A DNA stretch of 64,000 nt. Source: Oceanispirochaeta sp. Its GTDB lineage: Bacteria; Spirochaetota; Spirochaetia; DSM-2461. The stretch spans positions 2,016,001 through 2,080,000 of the forward strand of contig CAXXOA010000001.1 of the NCBI GenBank assembly GCA_963666275.2. Direction: 5' to 3'. The first letter of the stretch is position 1. The number at the start of each line of letters is the position of its first letter. The notes beneath the pieces were generated by a model. It was not told the DNA's origin and did no database searches. It saw only the letters and a program-made list of their open reading frames with translations. The translations under genes were made by a program, and so were the position numbers. This document shows, in pieces, positions 10,351 to 19,886 of the stretch.

Positions 10351-11887
10351 AGAACCAGAGGGCTCCCTGAATACCTCCCCTCAGAAGTGTATGCCAGAAA
10401 TGCCGGGCGAAAAGGGTCCACTCGGCTTTTTCGGATAGTTCTATCCCCGCTGTTTCCGCCACCTCATTCAAAGCATCTCCCAGGGAAATGCCATGCCAGT
10501 CTTTCAGGGCGACCAGTTCCGATGTGACAATGCCGGGAACCGGATGGACTGCGTATTTCATCTGGAAGTCCGGCTGGAATCCTTCCAGTTTGTTCAGACC
10601 GGCCGATTCCCGGAGACTGATGCTGTAGGCGGAAGGTGGAAATGCCGTATCCAGTGGCTGCTCGAGAAAATCCCTTGTCAGAGGATTATTTTTTTCAAGG
10701 AGGATGCGTATGGTGGAGACAGCTTTTTCCGTAGCCGAAAGCGCTTCCTCTCTGGTCTCCCCCAGAGCAATAACATTTCCGCATTTGCCTATATTGTTCA
10801 CTGGAAATGTGATTTCATCACCTTCTTCCACCCTGAGGAAAATATCTTTGACAGCCCTGATATTATGGGCTTCCTCCAGGAAACGGATATTCCTGATCAC
10901 ACCCGGAATGGAAATGAAAGCTCTCTCGGAAGACGTTTTACTGCTGAGTTCCTCCAGACTTCCCGGGTCCATTCCCAGTGCAATCCTCATACCCTTCTCG
11001 ACCAGAGGGACCCCGGATGCATAGGGATAGGTCCATCCTGACATATAACCTCCCGAGAGTCTGGCAGCGATTTCACCGATCATGACCCCGCGGGATGTAA
11101 GCTTGATATCTCCTTTGGCAGCACCATTATCAATGCCCAGAACTTTCACGGCCTTGGAAAAAATATCCAGGATCTCTTTTTTCCGGGTCTCTGGCAGATT
11201 TGTAGGCAGTGTATGTCCCATCTCAATAAAGCAGGGGGGGAAGAAAATATGTCTGTCCGCAAAACCTGTGACTGTCAGATGTCCCTGATAGACAAGACTG
11301 TCTATACTGAACTCAGGGCCATCCATATACTCTTCAACAATTGCCCTTTCGGTGCGGGAGAAGCCAATGGCTTCCTGAACGGATTTTTCCAGAGAAATTT
11401 TATCTTCCGCCGTAATAACACCCCGGCCTCCCATATTGTCTACAGGTTTCACCACAAGGGGGAATGTCATTTCCGAAAGGAGCTGGCCCAGATCTGTATC
11501 CCCGTCCACTTCCCAGAAAGCGGGACAGGGAATCCCTCCTGACTGGAGTTTCAGTCTCATTCGATACTTGTCAGTGCAGTCCAGGGCCGTCTGATAGGGT
11601 ATGCCCGGAAGATTCAGTTCCTGGGCAATCCAGGCGACAGTGGAGGAAAAATCCGTACCGCAGGTAAAAACTCCGTCCAGACCGATAGTATCCCGATACT
11701 CCGCAGCTGCTTCCGCCAGACCGATTCGATCTTTCAGGTCTACAGGAAGAAAGTAATCTGCTTTATTTTTACAGGGAGCCTGCGGATTCCCATCGACTCC
11801 GATTGATGTCCATCCGTTTCTTCTGGCAGCGGCATAGGCGGGATACTGCATCAGTCCCGCTCCGAGAATCATAATTGTTTTACTCAT
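10331..11887 (-). CDS. ATP-grasp domain ligase
   Basis: ILGAG, DKYRMR, VVKPVDNMGGRG, EEYMDGPEFS, GEIAARLSGG. Start taken at MSKTIMILG, just after the upstream stop. Confidence 0.85.
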   Translation of the reverse strand: MSKTIMILGAGLMQYPAYAAARRNGWTSIGVDGNPQAPCKNKADYFLPVDLKDRIGLAEAAAEYRDTIGLDGVFTCGTDFSSTVAWIAQELNLPGIPYQTALDCTDKYRMRLKLQSGGIPCPAFWEVDGDTDLGQLLSEMTFPLVVKPVDNMGGRGVITAEDKISLEKSVQEAIGFSRTERAIVEEYMDGPEFSIDSLVYQGHLTVTGFADRHIFFPPCFIEMGHTLPTNLPETRKKEILDIFSKAVKVLGIDNGAAKGDIKLTSRGVMIGEIAARLSGGYMSGWTYPYASGVPLVEKGMRIALGMDPGSLEELSSKTSSERAFISIPGVIRNIRFLEEAHNIRAVKDIFLRVEEGDEITFPVNNIGKCGNVIALGETREEALSATEKAVSTIRILLEKNNPLTRDFLEQPLDTAFPPSAYSISLRESAGLNKLEGFQPDFQMKYAVHPVPGIVTSELVALKDWHGISLGDALNEVAETAGIELSEKAEWTLFARHFWHTLLRGGIQGALWFCAENEE

Positions 11888-11888
11888 T

Positions 11889-13667
11889 TTAACCCTTTTT
11901 CCGGCAGTATATTTCAAATGTATCACCCAGTTTGAAAATTTTACAGATCCATAGGAGAACAGTTTTATTCAGAATTTTACGAAACGGGAGTTTGAAGGGG
12001 ATTCGTTCCGGATGGTATCCGGTTACATGAAACTGTATGTAATGGAAACCGAAATGTTTAAGAATATTTGAAGCGGATTTCCGGTCCCAGACAGTGAAAT
12101 GGTCATCCGGACTTTTCTGGAGGAAATCCTTCCTGTTCAATACCCCGGAGATGCCTTTTCCATTGGGAGTGGAAAAAGCAAGAACACCTCCGGGCGGGAG
12201 GAGCTCGGAGATTCTCTGCAGAACCCTTCCGGTTTCTTTAAAATGTTCCATAACATACCAGAGAGTGACAGCATCAAAGGATTTCCGACCGAAATTGGCA
12301 TGAGGATCGAGATCCTCAAGTGAAACGGCCCGGGCTGCAATCCCCTCCAGATGCTCTGTTATATACCTGATCCCCTCCTCTGCCACATCGATCCCGTAGC
12401 AGTCCAGACCGTTCTCTTTTGCCGCCTGAAGGAACGGCCCGAAGGCGCAGCCTACATCGAGGATGGAATGAACCTCACTGTTCAGACGCTGAATTCGTTT
12501 CAAACGATCTGTTCCGGAAGATTTGATATGAGCAAAATCCTCCAGATAGGTTTTCCCATACTGTTTTCTGTAATCTTCGAAAAAATAGGAAGCCTGATAT
12601 ATATCATTCTTCTGCTGAAAATTCAGCATGTAATCGATCCGGCAGTTCCGGTTTTCACAGTGAAAATAGGATTTATGCCTGTACCTTCCGATAACCGGAT
12701 TATTAACGGAACCGCAGACAGGACAGAGATTCGGCATGGGGGTCAGACTGAGGACCCAGTCATAAAAGGGCACGGTTTGGGCATTAAATTTTTCAAATAG
12801 CCCTTTCCAGGTGGAAAAAAGATCGTTATGTTCCAGTCGGCGTTTTATCTTTTTCAGAAGAATCTGGGGTTGTTCTCTCCAGCTGCCCGGGAGGAAGGGA
12901 AAACCTGCATTCTCCGATAACTGATCATGATACTCCGATGGGTTTACAAGAAGGACAGGCCTTCCTGTGAAAACCCCCTCAAAGGCTGTTAATCCGAAGG
13001 ATGTAATAATCAGATCATAGGCGGGCAAGAGAGGTTTCAGATCGATCTGATCCTTCAGGAGATTGACCCCCGGAAGGGTCTCGTACTGTTTCAGGGAAGA
13101 ATGAAAAAAAGGTCCTTCAATAAAAGTCCATTCAATGCCTGTTGGTTTTGATTTCTTCAAACCTTCAAGGAGTTTTTCACTCAATCTCCCCGGATCCTCC
13201 CCGCCGAAACTGACAAGGATCTTCAGCCCCATAGCCATTCTGAGATGTTCATGATCCGGCCTGGGAAGGTCCAGAAACATCAGTCCCGTCATATTGGATG
13301 ACTGGTTATCAAGATCCGGGAGGATGGTGATCCTATAGGGAGCCGTATTTTTTACAGGACCGGCTTCGTCGACGGCAATGAGAGGAAGCTTCTTCAGATT
13401 TTCGGGAAGATAGTCGGACGTTGTATTTCTGTTATCCAGAATAACAAGATCCCAGTCATTCCCCGGATCCTCTGTAATTTTCACAGCTCCGGGACAGTTC
13501 TCCAGAAGTTCATCAATATGAGAATCGGGAAAATACTTTTCTCCCCGGGGCAGATAAAAATTCCGGGAGGAAAAGAGCAGACTCCATTGTATTGTTCTTT
13601 TCAGGTGCCCTGTTCCATTTCCCTTTAATACGGAGGGAACAAAAAGCACTCTATTTTTTCTTATCAT
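11889..13667 (-). CDS. SpsG/PseG-like GT-B domain fused to a Zn-ribbon and class I SAM methyltransferase
   Basis: GNGTGHLKR, SFGGEDP, FGLTAFE (PseG/SpsG-like); CPVCG; ILDVGCAFG, WYVMEHF, PGGVLAFSTPN. Confidence 0.8.
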   Translation of the reverse strand: MIRKNRVLFVPSVLKGNGTGHLKRTIQWSLLFSSRNFYLPRGEKYFPDSHIDELLENCPGAVKITEDPGNDWDLVILDNRNTTSDYLPENLKKLPLIAVDEAGPVKNTAPYRITILPDLDNQSSNMTGLMFLDLPRPDHEHLRMAMGLKILVSFGGEDPGRLSEKLLEGLKKSKPTGIEWTFIEGPFFHSSLKQYETLPGVNLLKDQIDLKPLLPAYDLIITSFGLTAFEGVFTGRPVLLVNPSEYHDQLSENAGFPFLPGSWREQPQILLKKIKRRLEHNDLFSTWKGLFEKFNAQTVPFYDWVLSLTPMPNLCPVCGSVNNPVIGRYRHKSYFHCENRNCRIDYMLNFQQKNDIYQASYFFEDYRKQYGKTYLEDFAHIKSSGTDRLKRIQRLNSEVHSILDVGCAFGPFLQAAKENGLDCYGIDVAEEGIRYITEHLEGIAARAVSLEDLDPHANFGRKSFDAVTLWYVMEHFKETGRVLQRISELLPPGGVLAFSTPNGKGISGVLNRKDFLQKSPDDHFTVWDRKSASNILKHFGFHYIQFHVTGYHPERIPFKLPFRKILNKTVLLWICKIFKLGDTFEIYCRKKG

Positions 13668-14346
13668 CTGATTTTAAATATTGTACCAGCTCAGTGATCT
13701 GAATTGGTGCGTTTCTGTAAAGATCTTTAAATATTCTGGTAAGGTTATGGAAATCTTCCGGGGTGTCAAGGGTCACCCGGCTGTTATCCCTCATATTATC
13801 CGGAGCCTCGAAATATTTTAAAATGTGTTGATCCGGATGATTATAGATAAAGGGAGTAACATGCTCATGATCATAGGGATCATCTGAAACTTCTGCCGCT
13901 TCTATCAGATTTTTAAAACGGAAGACCTCTACTCCGCTGCCATAGGGGAGTCCTTTCATGGCTGTATAATCCCATTCAGGATGCTGTTTCATTTCATTCA
14001 GCAGATAGGAAGCCGGTTCATAGGCAACCAGAGGGTTGTCCCCTGTAGCTCTTATTATTATATCAGGCTGATAGATTTCACCGGCTCTGACGAACCTTCC
14101 CAAAACATCATCTCTAGATCCCGCAAATATCTTAAAGCCGTTTTTTTCTGCAATCTCACGAAAAAACTCTTCATCTCCCAGAGCCGTGACAAGGACATGA
14201 GTGTCGGCGGAAACCATTTTCAACGCCCTCATGGCATGTTCAATGACAGTTTTACCCTCCAGTAGATTCAGAGCCTTTCGGGGCAGACGGGAAGAATCGA
14301 TTCTGACCTGGAGAAATACAGCACTTTTCAATCTTCCATCTCCCAT
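13651..14346 (-). CDS. SpsF-like cytidylyltransferase
   Basis: QVRIDSSRLPRKAL, GSRDDVLGRF, RATGDNPL, EHVTPFI, RVTLDTPED. Confidence 0.87.
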   Translation of the reverse strand: MGDGRLKSAVFLQVRIDSSRLPRKALNLLEGKTVIEHAMRALKMVSADTHVLVTALGDEEFFREIAEKNGFKIFAGSRDDVLGRFVRAGEIYQPDIIIRATGDNPLVAYEPASYLLNEMKQHPEWDYTAMKGLPYGSGVEVFRFKNLIEAAEVSDDPYDHEHVTPFIYNHPDQHILKYFEAPDNMRDNSRVTLDTPEDFHNLTRIFKDLYRNAPIQITELVQYLKSDDKKK

Positions 14347-15293
14347 AATTCTGTCAGGTTGAAAGTATCGGTTTTAAACCGGAGGCTGTTCTCTCTTACC
14401 CAGTTGCGGATCTCCCTGAAATACCTGTAATTGAAAAAGATATTGCTGCCCGACTGGAGGGCATAATGGAAAAATCTTGAAAACGGGAGAGTACAGGAAT
14501 CACCGTTGAATTTGAGGGAGAGGTTTTTCAGAAAAAATCTTGTATAGTCGGCATCTCTTGTCGTATTTTCCCTGGGGATCTCCGACTGATACTTCAGTTT
14601 GATATTGGTTACGGTCTCGATGGACTCCCCCCATAGAAAAGCCCGTAAACCGAAATCCAGTTTCTGCCAGTAGGGATTATGAAAACTCGTATCGAATCCT
14701 TCTGAAAGGGTAAATTTCTTTTTATTATAAATTCCGCAGTAATCAAAAGGATAGAGGGTGGGCATTTTATTTCCGGCTGTATTCAAAGGAAAAATATCAA
14801 GCTTTTTTCTTGTAAAAGCGGGTGCAAACCTTGTGGGAATGGTTTCGAGGCTCGAGTTCATAAGGAGCGGAACACGGCAGAGGAACTCACCTTCCAGGGC
14901 GGCTTTGAATATTCTGTCAGCCTGACTTTTTATCTGAAGATCCATATCATTCCAGAACACCAGGAAATGCGATCCTCCGCAGATTTTAGCAGCTATATTG
15001 ATCCTTTCACCAATGCTGATTTTGTCGGAAACGGTCAGGAATTTGACGGTTTCATACCGGGAAGCCAGATTCTCCATTTCAAATATTTTTTTTGAGGTTT
15101 CCACAGAAATGATCTCTTTCAGCCGGAGATCATAAAGCTGGCCTAACAGCCTGGCTTTAAAGGGTTTTCCCCCGCGGTTGAGAATGATGACAGAAATTCC
15201 CTCAAAAGGAGGGATTTCCCTGCGGCTACCGGAAACAATCGTATAGGGAGCTTTATCTGCCGGTTCAAAAGTTATAGGTGTAGTATTCATCAC
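14328..15293 (-). CDS. Glycosyltransferase family 2-like protein
   Basis: GT-A-like pattern (ISVIILNRG, FLVFWND, GFD...LDFGLRAFLWG) within an overlapping glycan cluster. Confidence 0.6.
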   Translation of the reverse strand: MMNTTPITFEPADKAPYTIVSGSRREIPPFEGISVIILNRGGKPFKARLLGQLYDLRLKEIISVETSKKIFEMENLASRYETVKFLTVSDKISIGERINIAAKICGGSHFLVFWNDMDLQIKSQADRIFKAALEGEFLCRVPLLMNSSLETIPTRFAPAFTRKKLDIFPLNTAGNKMPTLYPFDYCGIYNKKKFTLSEGFDTSFHNPYWQKLDFGLRAFLWGESIETVTNIKLKYQSEIPRENTTRDADYTRFFLKNLSLKFNGDSCTLPFSRFFHYALQSGSNIFFNYRYFREIRNWVRENSLRFKTDTFNLTELWEMED

Positions 15294-16773
15294 AGCGGCT
15301 GCAGATCCCCTTGTAATCGGAATTCAGATGGTTGTCAAATACTGACTCTGCCGAGTCCCAGATTTCCTGAAGACTCTTTTGAAAAACATTTCCCAGAATG
15401 TTTTTCTTTTCAACATCTTCGCGGCATAATACAACAGAACCATCCGTAAGAACAGACATCTCCCGTTTCAGATGCCAGCAGGGAAACCTGTTTACAGGAG
15501 AGAGGTCTGTAACTTTTCTCTGGTCAAGGAAAAGGCTGAAATGGTCGTATTTCTGAATGATCACATTTTCAGTTTTCTCTTTCCAGCTTCTGAAAAACAG
15601 TTCTAGATCCTCTTCATTTTCATTCATGCGGACAGCCTGAATCCATGTATGGTCTCTGTTGAGTTTCATAAAAGATTCAATTGTTTTCAATACGGTCTCC
15701 CGCCCCTCTCCTCTGAGAGTTTTGTAGAGCTCGGGATTGATGGAATCCAGAGAGAAAATCCAGTCGATCCTTTCAGACTGGATAAGATCCACTCTGCTGT
15801 CCAGAAGACCGCTCCAACCCAGACCTGATGTTTCCAGAACAATCCTGAGAGTTGTTTCTGCGAGGATTCCCTCCAGAATCCGGGCAATCCCGGGATGGGC
15901 GGAAGGATCACCCCATAGGGAGAGAGAGATCCGGCAGCCGGGAGAGAAGCTGTCTATCCTGCGGGCAAGGTCAAGAACCTGCTCTGCAGGCATGTGGATT
16001 TCCGATTCCCTGTGATGGGGAACCATTTTCGGGTAGGGGCAGTAGGAACAGCTCTGCCAGCACTTTTCTACAATCTGAATCTGTATATACGAAGGAAGGG
16101 TCCTTGTAAATTTTTCTATGGAATCATTCATGGCAAGGATGGACTGCGCGTCTTTTCCACCGGCCCTGATTATCTTTTCAAGCTGCATCGTATTCATCTG
16201 AGTATCAGTACTCAGGGAGATCCTTTTCAGACGCATATCCACGGAGGAGATTTCTGTTTCGATATCAAAGGCATTGATATCTTTCTGAAGGATTTTGAAA
16301 AGCGAATCCCGGCAGACAGGACCGTGACTGCCTTCTGCCAGAGGAATTAACTGGGTCAGGCAGTTCCGGTTCAGGATCTCCGGCGTCAGTCCGTAGGGAT
16401 AGCCGTCGGCAAAAGTATAATCTGCAAAATATCTGTAATGGTTTTCAGTCATACGGGCTGTGAGATTCCTGTCCAGAAGAGGAGTATCCCCAAAAAAATA
16501 AAAACAGTGATCAAAGCCCTCACAGGCATCGGAGAGTTTGAGTACAAGATCCTTTTCAGAATTTTCATCCAGCAGGATGTACTCTTCGGGTAACTTATTG
16601 TCATAAAACAGTTTTATCTGGTCAATTGACAGGGCCACGGGTATAATTCTTTCTATATCTTTCAGACTGTCTGCATAATCCAGCACAGCCCGGGAGACTG
16701 TTGTATCCTCAAAAATCCGATTGCGGCAGGTATCGGTAATATGTATCAGGTTTATGAAAGCTATATTCCTCAT
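15265..16773 (-). CDS. spiro-SPASM protein (cytidylyltransferase-like, radical SAM and SPASM domains)
   Basis: N-terminal GDTPLLD and DYTFADGYPYGLTPE; intact CxxxCxxC (CWQSCSYC); C-terminal PCWHL...DGSVVLCRED...CSRCDEYYTYNF. Confidence 0.88.
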   Translation of the reverse strand: MRNIAFINLIHITDTCRNRIFEDTTVSRAVLDYADSLKDIERIIPVALSIDQIKLFYDNKLPEEYILLDENSEKDLVLKLSDACEGFDHCFYFFGDTPLLDRNLTARMTENHYRYFADYTFADGYPYGLTPEILNRNCLTQLIPLAEGSHGPVCRDSLFKILQKDINAFDIETEISSVDMRLKRISLSTDTQMNTMQLEKIIRAGGKDAQSILAMNDSIEKFTRTLPSYIQIQIVEKCWQSCSYCPYPKMVPHHRESEIHMPAEQVLDLARRIDSFSPGCRISLSLWGDPSAHPGIARILEGILAETTLRIVLETSGLGWSGLLDSRVDLIQSERIDWIFSLDSINPELYKTLRGEGRETVLKTIESFMKLNRDHTWIQAVRMNENEEDLELFFRSWKEKTENVIIQKYDHFSLFLDQRKVTDLSPVNRFPCWHLKREMSVLTDGSVVLCREDVEKKNILGNVFQKSLQEIWDSAESVFDNHLNSDYKGICSRCDEYYTYNF

Positions 16774-16841
16774 ATTAATCTGTTATCGTCATTATTTTCC
16801 CTTTTAGTGAGGGAAACATCATTTCAGGAGACATTAAAAAG

Positions 16842-17330
16842 GTGAAAATCCGGCATGTCTATTCAATACTCGGTCTCTTCCTCATTTTAAGCAGCTGCAA
16901 GGTCACTCCTCTGAAAGATTCACAGACCATAGAAGCCTATCTGAATGGGCAGGGCTATGACTATTCTGTGGATGCGGAAGGAGACTTTAAAGTAAAAATT
17001 GTACTCAGAGACAATCAGACTTCCACGGTATGGATCAGAAAAGATCTGAATTACTCGGGAGACCAGGCTGTGAGAGAAATTTTTTCCGTGGGAGCCTATT
17101 TATCGGAAGAGGAATCCGACTATCTGGCGGGATATCTCCTGCAGGATAATTTTCATACAAGAGTGATGGGCAGCTGGGCCTACATAAGTAATCCTGAAGA
17201 GCAGCAGATCCTTGTGATGTATCTTGTCAAACTCCCCCAGCAGGCGGAGCCCTCCTTTGTGGAGGAAGCTCTGAGAGAAGCCGCTTTTGCCGCCAATGTG
17301 ATGGAAAGCGTCGTCCATAGAGAGGATTGA
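16842..17330 (+). CDS. Hypothetical lipoprotein, YbjN-like
   Basis: AGGAG upstream of a GTG start; lipobox LSSC; YSVDAEGDFKV pattern. Confidence 0.55.
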   Translation: MKIRHVYSILGLFLILSSCKVTPLKDSQTIEAYLNGQGYDYSVDAEGDFKVKIVLRDNQTSTVWIRKDLNYSGDQAVREIFSVGAYLSEEESDYLAGYLLQDNFHTRVMGSWAYISNPEEQQILVMYLVKLPQQAEPSFVEEALREAAFAANVMESVVHRED

Positions 17331-17354
17331 TGATCCCGGAGCTCTCAGGGTATT

Positions 17355-18575
17355 ATGCTTTCATTCATGAGAAGTATCAGCAGTTCGGAAAATTCAATCC
17401 CCCTATACAATGTTTCAGAAATCACCTTTCTGATTAAATCCCAGCTGGAGGAACAGTTCCGGTTTATCCGAATCAAAGGAGAAATCGGAACCTTCAGAAA
17501 GGCTGCTTCGGGTCATTGCTATTTTGTCCTGAAAGACAGGGATAGCCTGATTAATGCCGTCATTTTCCGTTTTCAGATGGAAAACCTTGATTTTATCCCC
17601 CGGGACGGCCAGTCAGTGATCGTCCTGGGCCGGATTTCTGTCTATCCCCAGAGAGGAAACTATCAGATCATCTGTGAAACCATTGAACAGGTGGGACAGG
17701 GAGACATCCTTCTTATGCTGGAGGAGAGAAAAAAACGGCTTGCAGAAGAGGGCCTTTTTGATCCTTCCGGAAAAAAGCCCCTGCCCCCTTATCCCCGCAG
17801 GATCGGTGTCATTACTTCAGCGGGAGGAGCGGCACTTCAGGATATCATCAGAGTTCTGAAACGCCGGATGAACGGTTTTACCCTCTATGTGTATGACTCG
17901 CTCGTACAGGGAGAGAAAGCCCCGGCAAGTCTGATCGAAGGCATCAGGTATTTCCAGGATTTTCCAGTGGATGTGCTGCTCCTTTCCCGGGGGGGCGGTT
18001 CCATGGAGGATCTCCTCGCGTTCAGTGACGAAGGGCTTGTCAGAGCTGTTGCGGATTCTACTGTTCCGGTTATAACAGGTGTGGGACACGAGATAGATTT
18101 TACCCTTGTGGATTTTGCCGGTAATTACAGAGCCGCCACCCCCTCAGCGGCAGCTGAAATACTTTCACAGTCTGCCGTAACCATACGTTCGGAAGTGAGG
18201 AGCCTCAAAGAATCTCTGATCCGTTCTGTGGAACACCGGGTGGATATCAGGATACTTCAGTACAACGAAAATGGGAAAGAGAGACTGATTGGAAATTACA
18301 GAGATTACCTGGATGCTCTGAAGCTGAAAATGGACAGCCTCAATACGGATATATCCAGAAATACAGAATCAGCCATCCGGAACTACAGACACAGAGTGGA
18401 ACTCAATCGAATGGGGATTATAAACCAGTCTCCAGAGAGTATACTGGAAAAAGGATTCTCTCTTGTTATAAGAGATGATCAGATCATCAGCAGTGCCCAG
18501 GATCTTTATCCCGGTGATCCTGTAGAATTGAAACTGCAGGATGGATCACGAAAAGCCACAATAGAGGAAGAATAA
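17355..18575 (+). CDS. xseA: Exodeoxyribonuclease VII large subunit
   Basis: SGHCYFVLKD, RGGGSMEDL, GVGHEIDFT, ATPSAAAE. Confidence 0.95.
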   Translation: MLSFMRSISSSENSIPLYNVSEITFLIKSQLEEQFRFIRIKGEIGTFRKAASGHCYFVLKDRDSLINAVIFRFQMENLDFIPRDGQSVIVLGRISVYPQRGNYQIICETIEQVGQGDILLMLEERKKRLAEEGLFDPSGKKPLPPYPRRIGVITSAGGAALQDIIRVLKRRMNGFTLYVYDSLVQGEKAPASLIEGIRYFQDFPVDVLLLSRGGGSMEDLLAFSDEGLVRAVADSTVPVITGVGHEIDFTLVDFAGNYRAATPSAAAEILSQSAVTIRSEVRSLKESLIRSVEHRVDIRILQYNENGKERLIGNYRDYLDALKLKMDSLNTDISRNTESAIRNYRHRVELNRMGIINQSPESILEKGFSLVIRDDQIISSAQDLYPGDPVELKLQDGSRKATIEEE

Positions 18576-18781
18576 TGGACAGTTTTGAAAAAAGAATGAG
18601 CCGGCTGGAGGAGATCAATGAACTTCTGAAAGGGCAGAAAAGCAGCTTTTCCGAAATGACAGCCCTCTTTGAAGAGGGGATCAAACTATCCGAAAGTCTT
18701 GAAAAAGAGCTGAATCAGGCGGAACAGAAAATCATTCATCTGAAGGAAAATCTTCAGGAAAAAGGATCTGATCTCCCGTAA
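18575..18781 (+). CDS. xseB: Exodeoxyribonuclease VII small subunit
   Basis: SFEKRMSRLEEI...FEEGIKL...AEQKI; TAATG overlap with xseA. Confidence 0.9.
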   Translation: MDSFEKRMSRLEEINELLKGQKSSFSEMTALFEEGIKLSESLEKELNQAEQKIIHLKENLQEKGSDLP

Positions 18782-19175
18782 GGATTCCATGCTCTGTGAA
18801 AAATCCCTGATTCATCTCCAGGGCATAGAGAATGGAATAGGAGGAGGCTACGGGATTCAATGATTCCGGCTGAAGATCATGGATCTCTTTGATAACGCCT
18901 TTTTTATTGATATATGCCACCGAGAGGGGTATGTAGGTATTTTTCATCCAGAAAGAGACCTTCCTCTCCGCCTCAAAAACAAAAAGCATTCCCTCCCGGG
19001 GACCCAGCTCTTTTCGGAACATAAGTCCCTTCTCCCTCTGTTCCGGAGTGGATGCCAGTTCGGCTGATATTTCTATCCCATTAATGCTGAGTGTACAGGT
19101 CTCCAGCTTCTCTTCTCCCTGACAGGAGAACAATAGCAGCAGGACAAGGGAAGATATAATAATTTTCAGACGCAT
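18732..19175 (-). CDS. DUF192 family lipoprotein
   Basis: GLMFR, GMLFVF, FWMKNTYIPLS, YALEMNQG; lipobox-like LFSC. Confidence 0.9.
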   Translation of the reverse strand: MRLKIIISSLVLLLLFSCQGEEKLETCTLSINGIEISAELASTPEQREKGLMFRKELGPREGMLFVFEAERKVSFWMKNTYIPLSVAYINKKGVIKEIHDLQPESLNPVASSYSILYALEMNQGFFTEHGILTGDQILFPEDFPSDE

Positions 19176-19775
19176 TTAAAAATCCTTCAGGAATTCTTCT
19201 CTCGTTATTTCCGTGAATCCCTCTTTCGCTCTGGCATCTTCCAGGAATCCCTGAAAGGTTTTTTTATCAAGGTATTTCAGTGTGAGAGGGTATTCCAGAG
19301 TGAGAATAACATCCTCGTCCTCCCAGACAGTGCCATCGGGAGAAATATCCCGGGGATCTCCGTATTTGCCGATAAGATCCTGCTGAAGAGTAAAGAAATC
19401 AATCTGATCCCTGTTGAATGTTAGAATTATAAGATAGAGAAGATCCTCATTGAACTGAAAGAAACCTTCCTCAATAAAACCCCTGCCCTGACTGGTAATA
19501 AGATACCGTTCTCCCAGGTCCTGAAGAGAAACATCCGGATCTCCTCTGTAATCAAACCGGGATTCCGCAATCAGAGCCGTTTTAACCTGTTCCAGAGGCA
19601 TCCCCAGCAGGAGATTTCTGTATCCCCGGGGCAGCCTGACCGGAGCGGTACTTCCATTGCTTCCGCTGACCTCCTCCTGACCGGAAGGCCCTTCCATTCC
19701 GGGGACTTGAGAAAAGAGAGCCTGGTATAGGAACAGTAGAAAGAGGAACTTGAATTGTATTTTTTTCACAGACAT
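19176..19775 (-). CDS. Hypothetical exported protein
   Basis: Signal peptide; abuts the DUF192 gene; LIGKYGDP pattern. Confidence 0.65.
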   Translation of the reverse strand: MSVKKIQFKFLFLLFLYQALFSQVPGMEGPSGQEEVSGSNGSTAPVRLPRGYRNLLLGMPLEQVKTALIAESRFDYRGDPDVSLQDLGERYLITSQGRGFIEEGFFQFNEDLLYLIILTFNRDQIDFFTLQQDLIGKYGDPRDISPDGTVWEDEDVILTLEYPLTLKYLDKKTFQGFLEDARAKEGFTEITREEFLKDF

Positions 19776-19886
19776 CTTACTGATTTTATCGGCGGATTGG
19801 TCTTTTTAAAACAGATGTTTCCAAATATTTCATGTTTTATCATGCTGCCGTTTACTCTGGGCTTAATCTTGTATTATGATATTTTC

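Noticed and set aside
18732..18781. 50-bp convergent overlap of xseB and the DUF192 gene
   Set aside because: Short tail-to-tail overlaps are common; no evidence of regulation.
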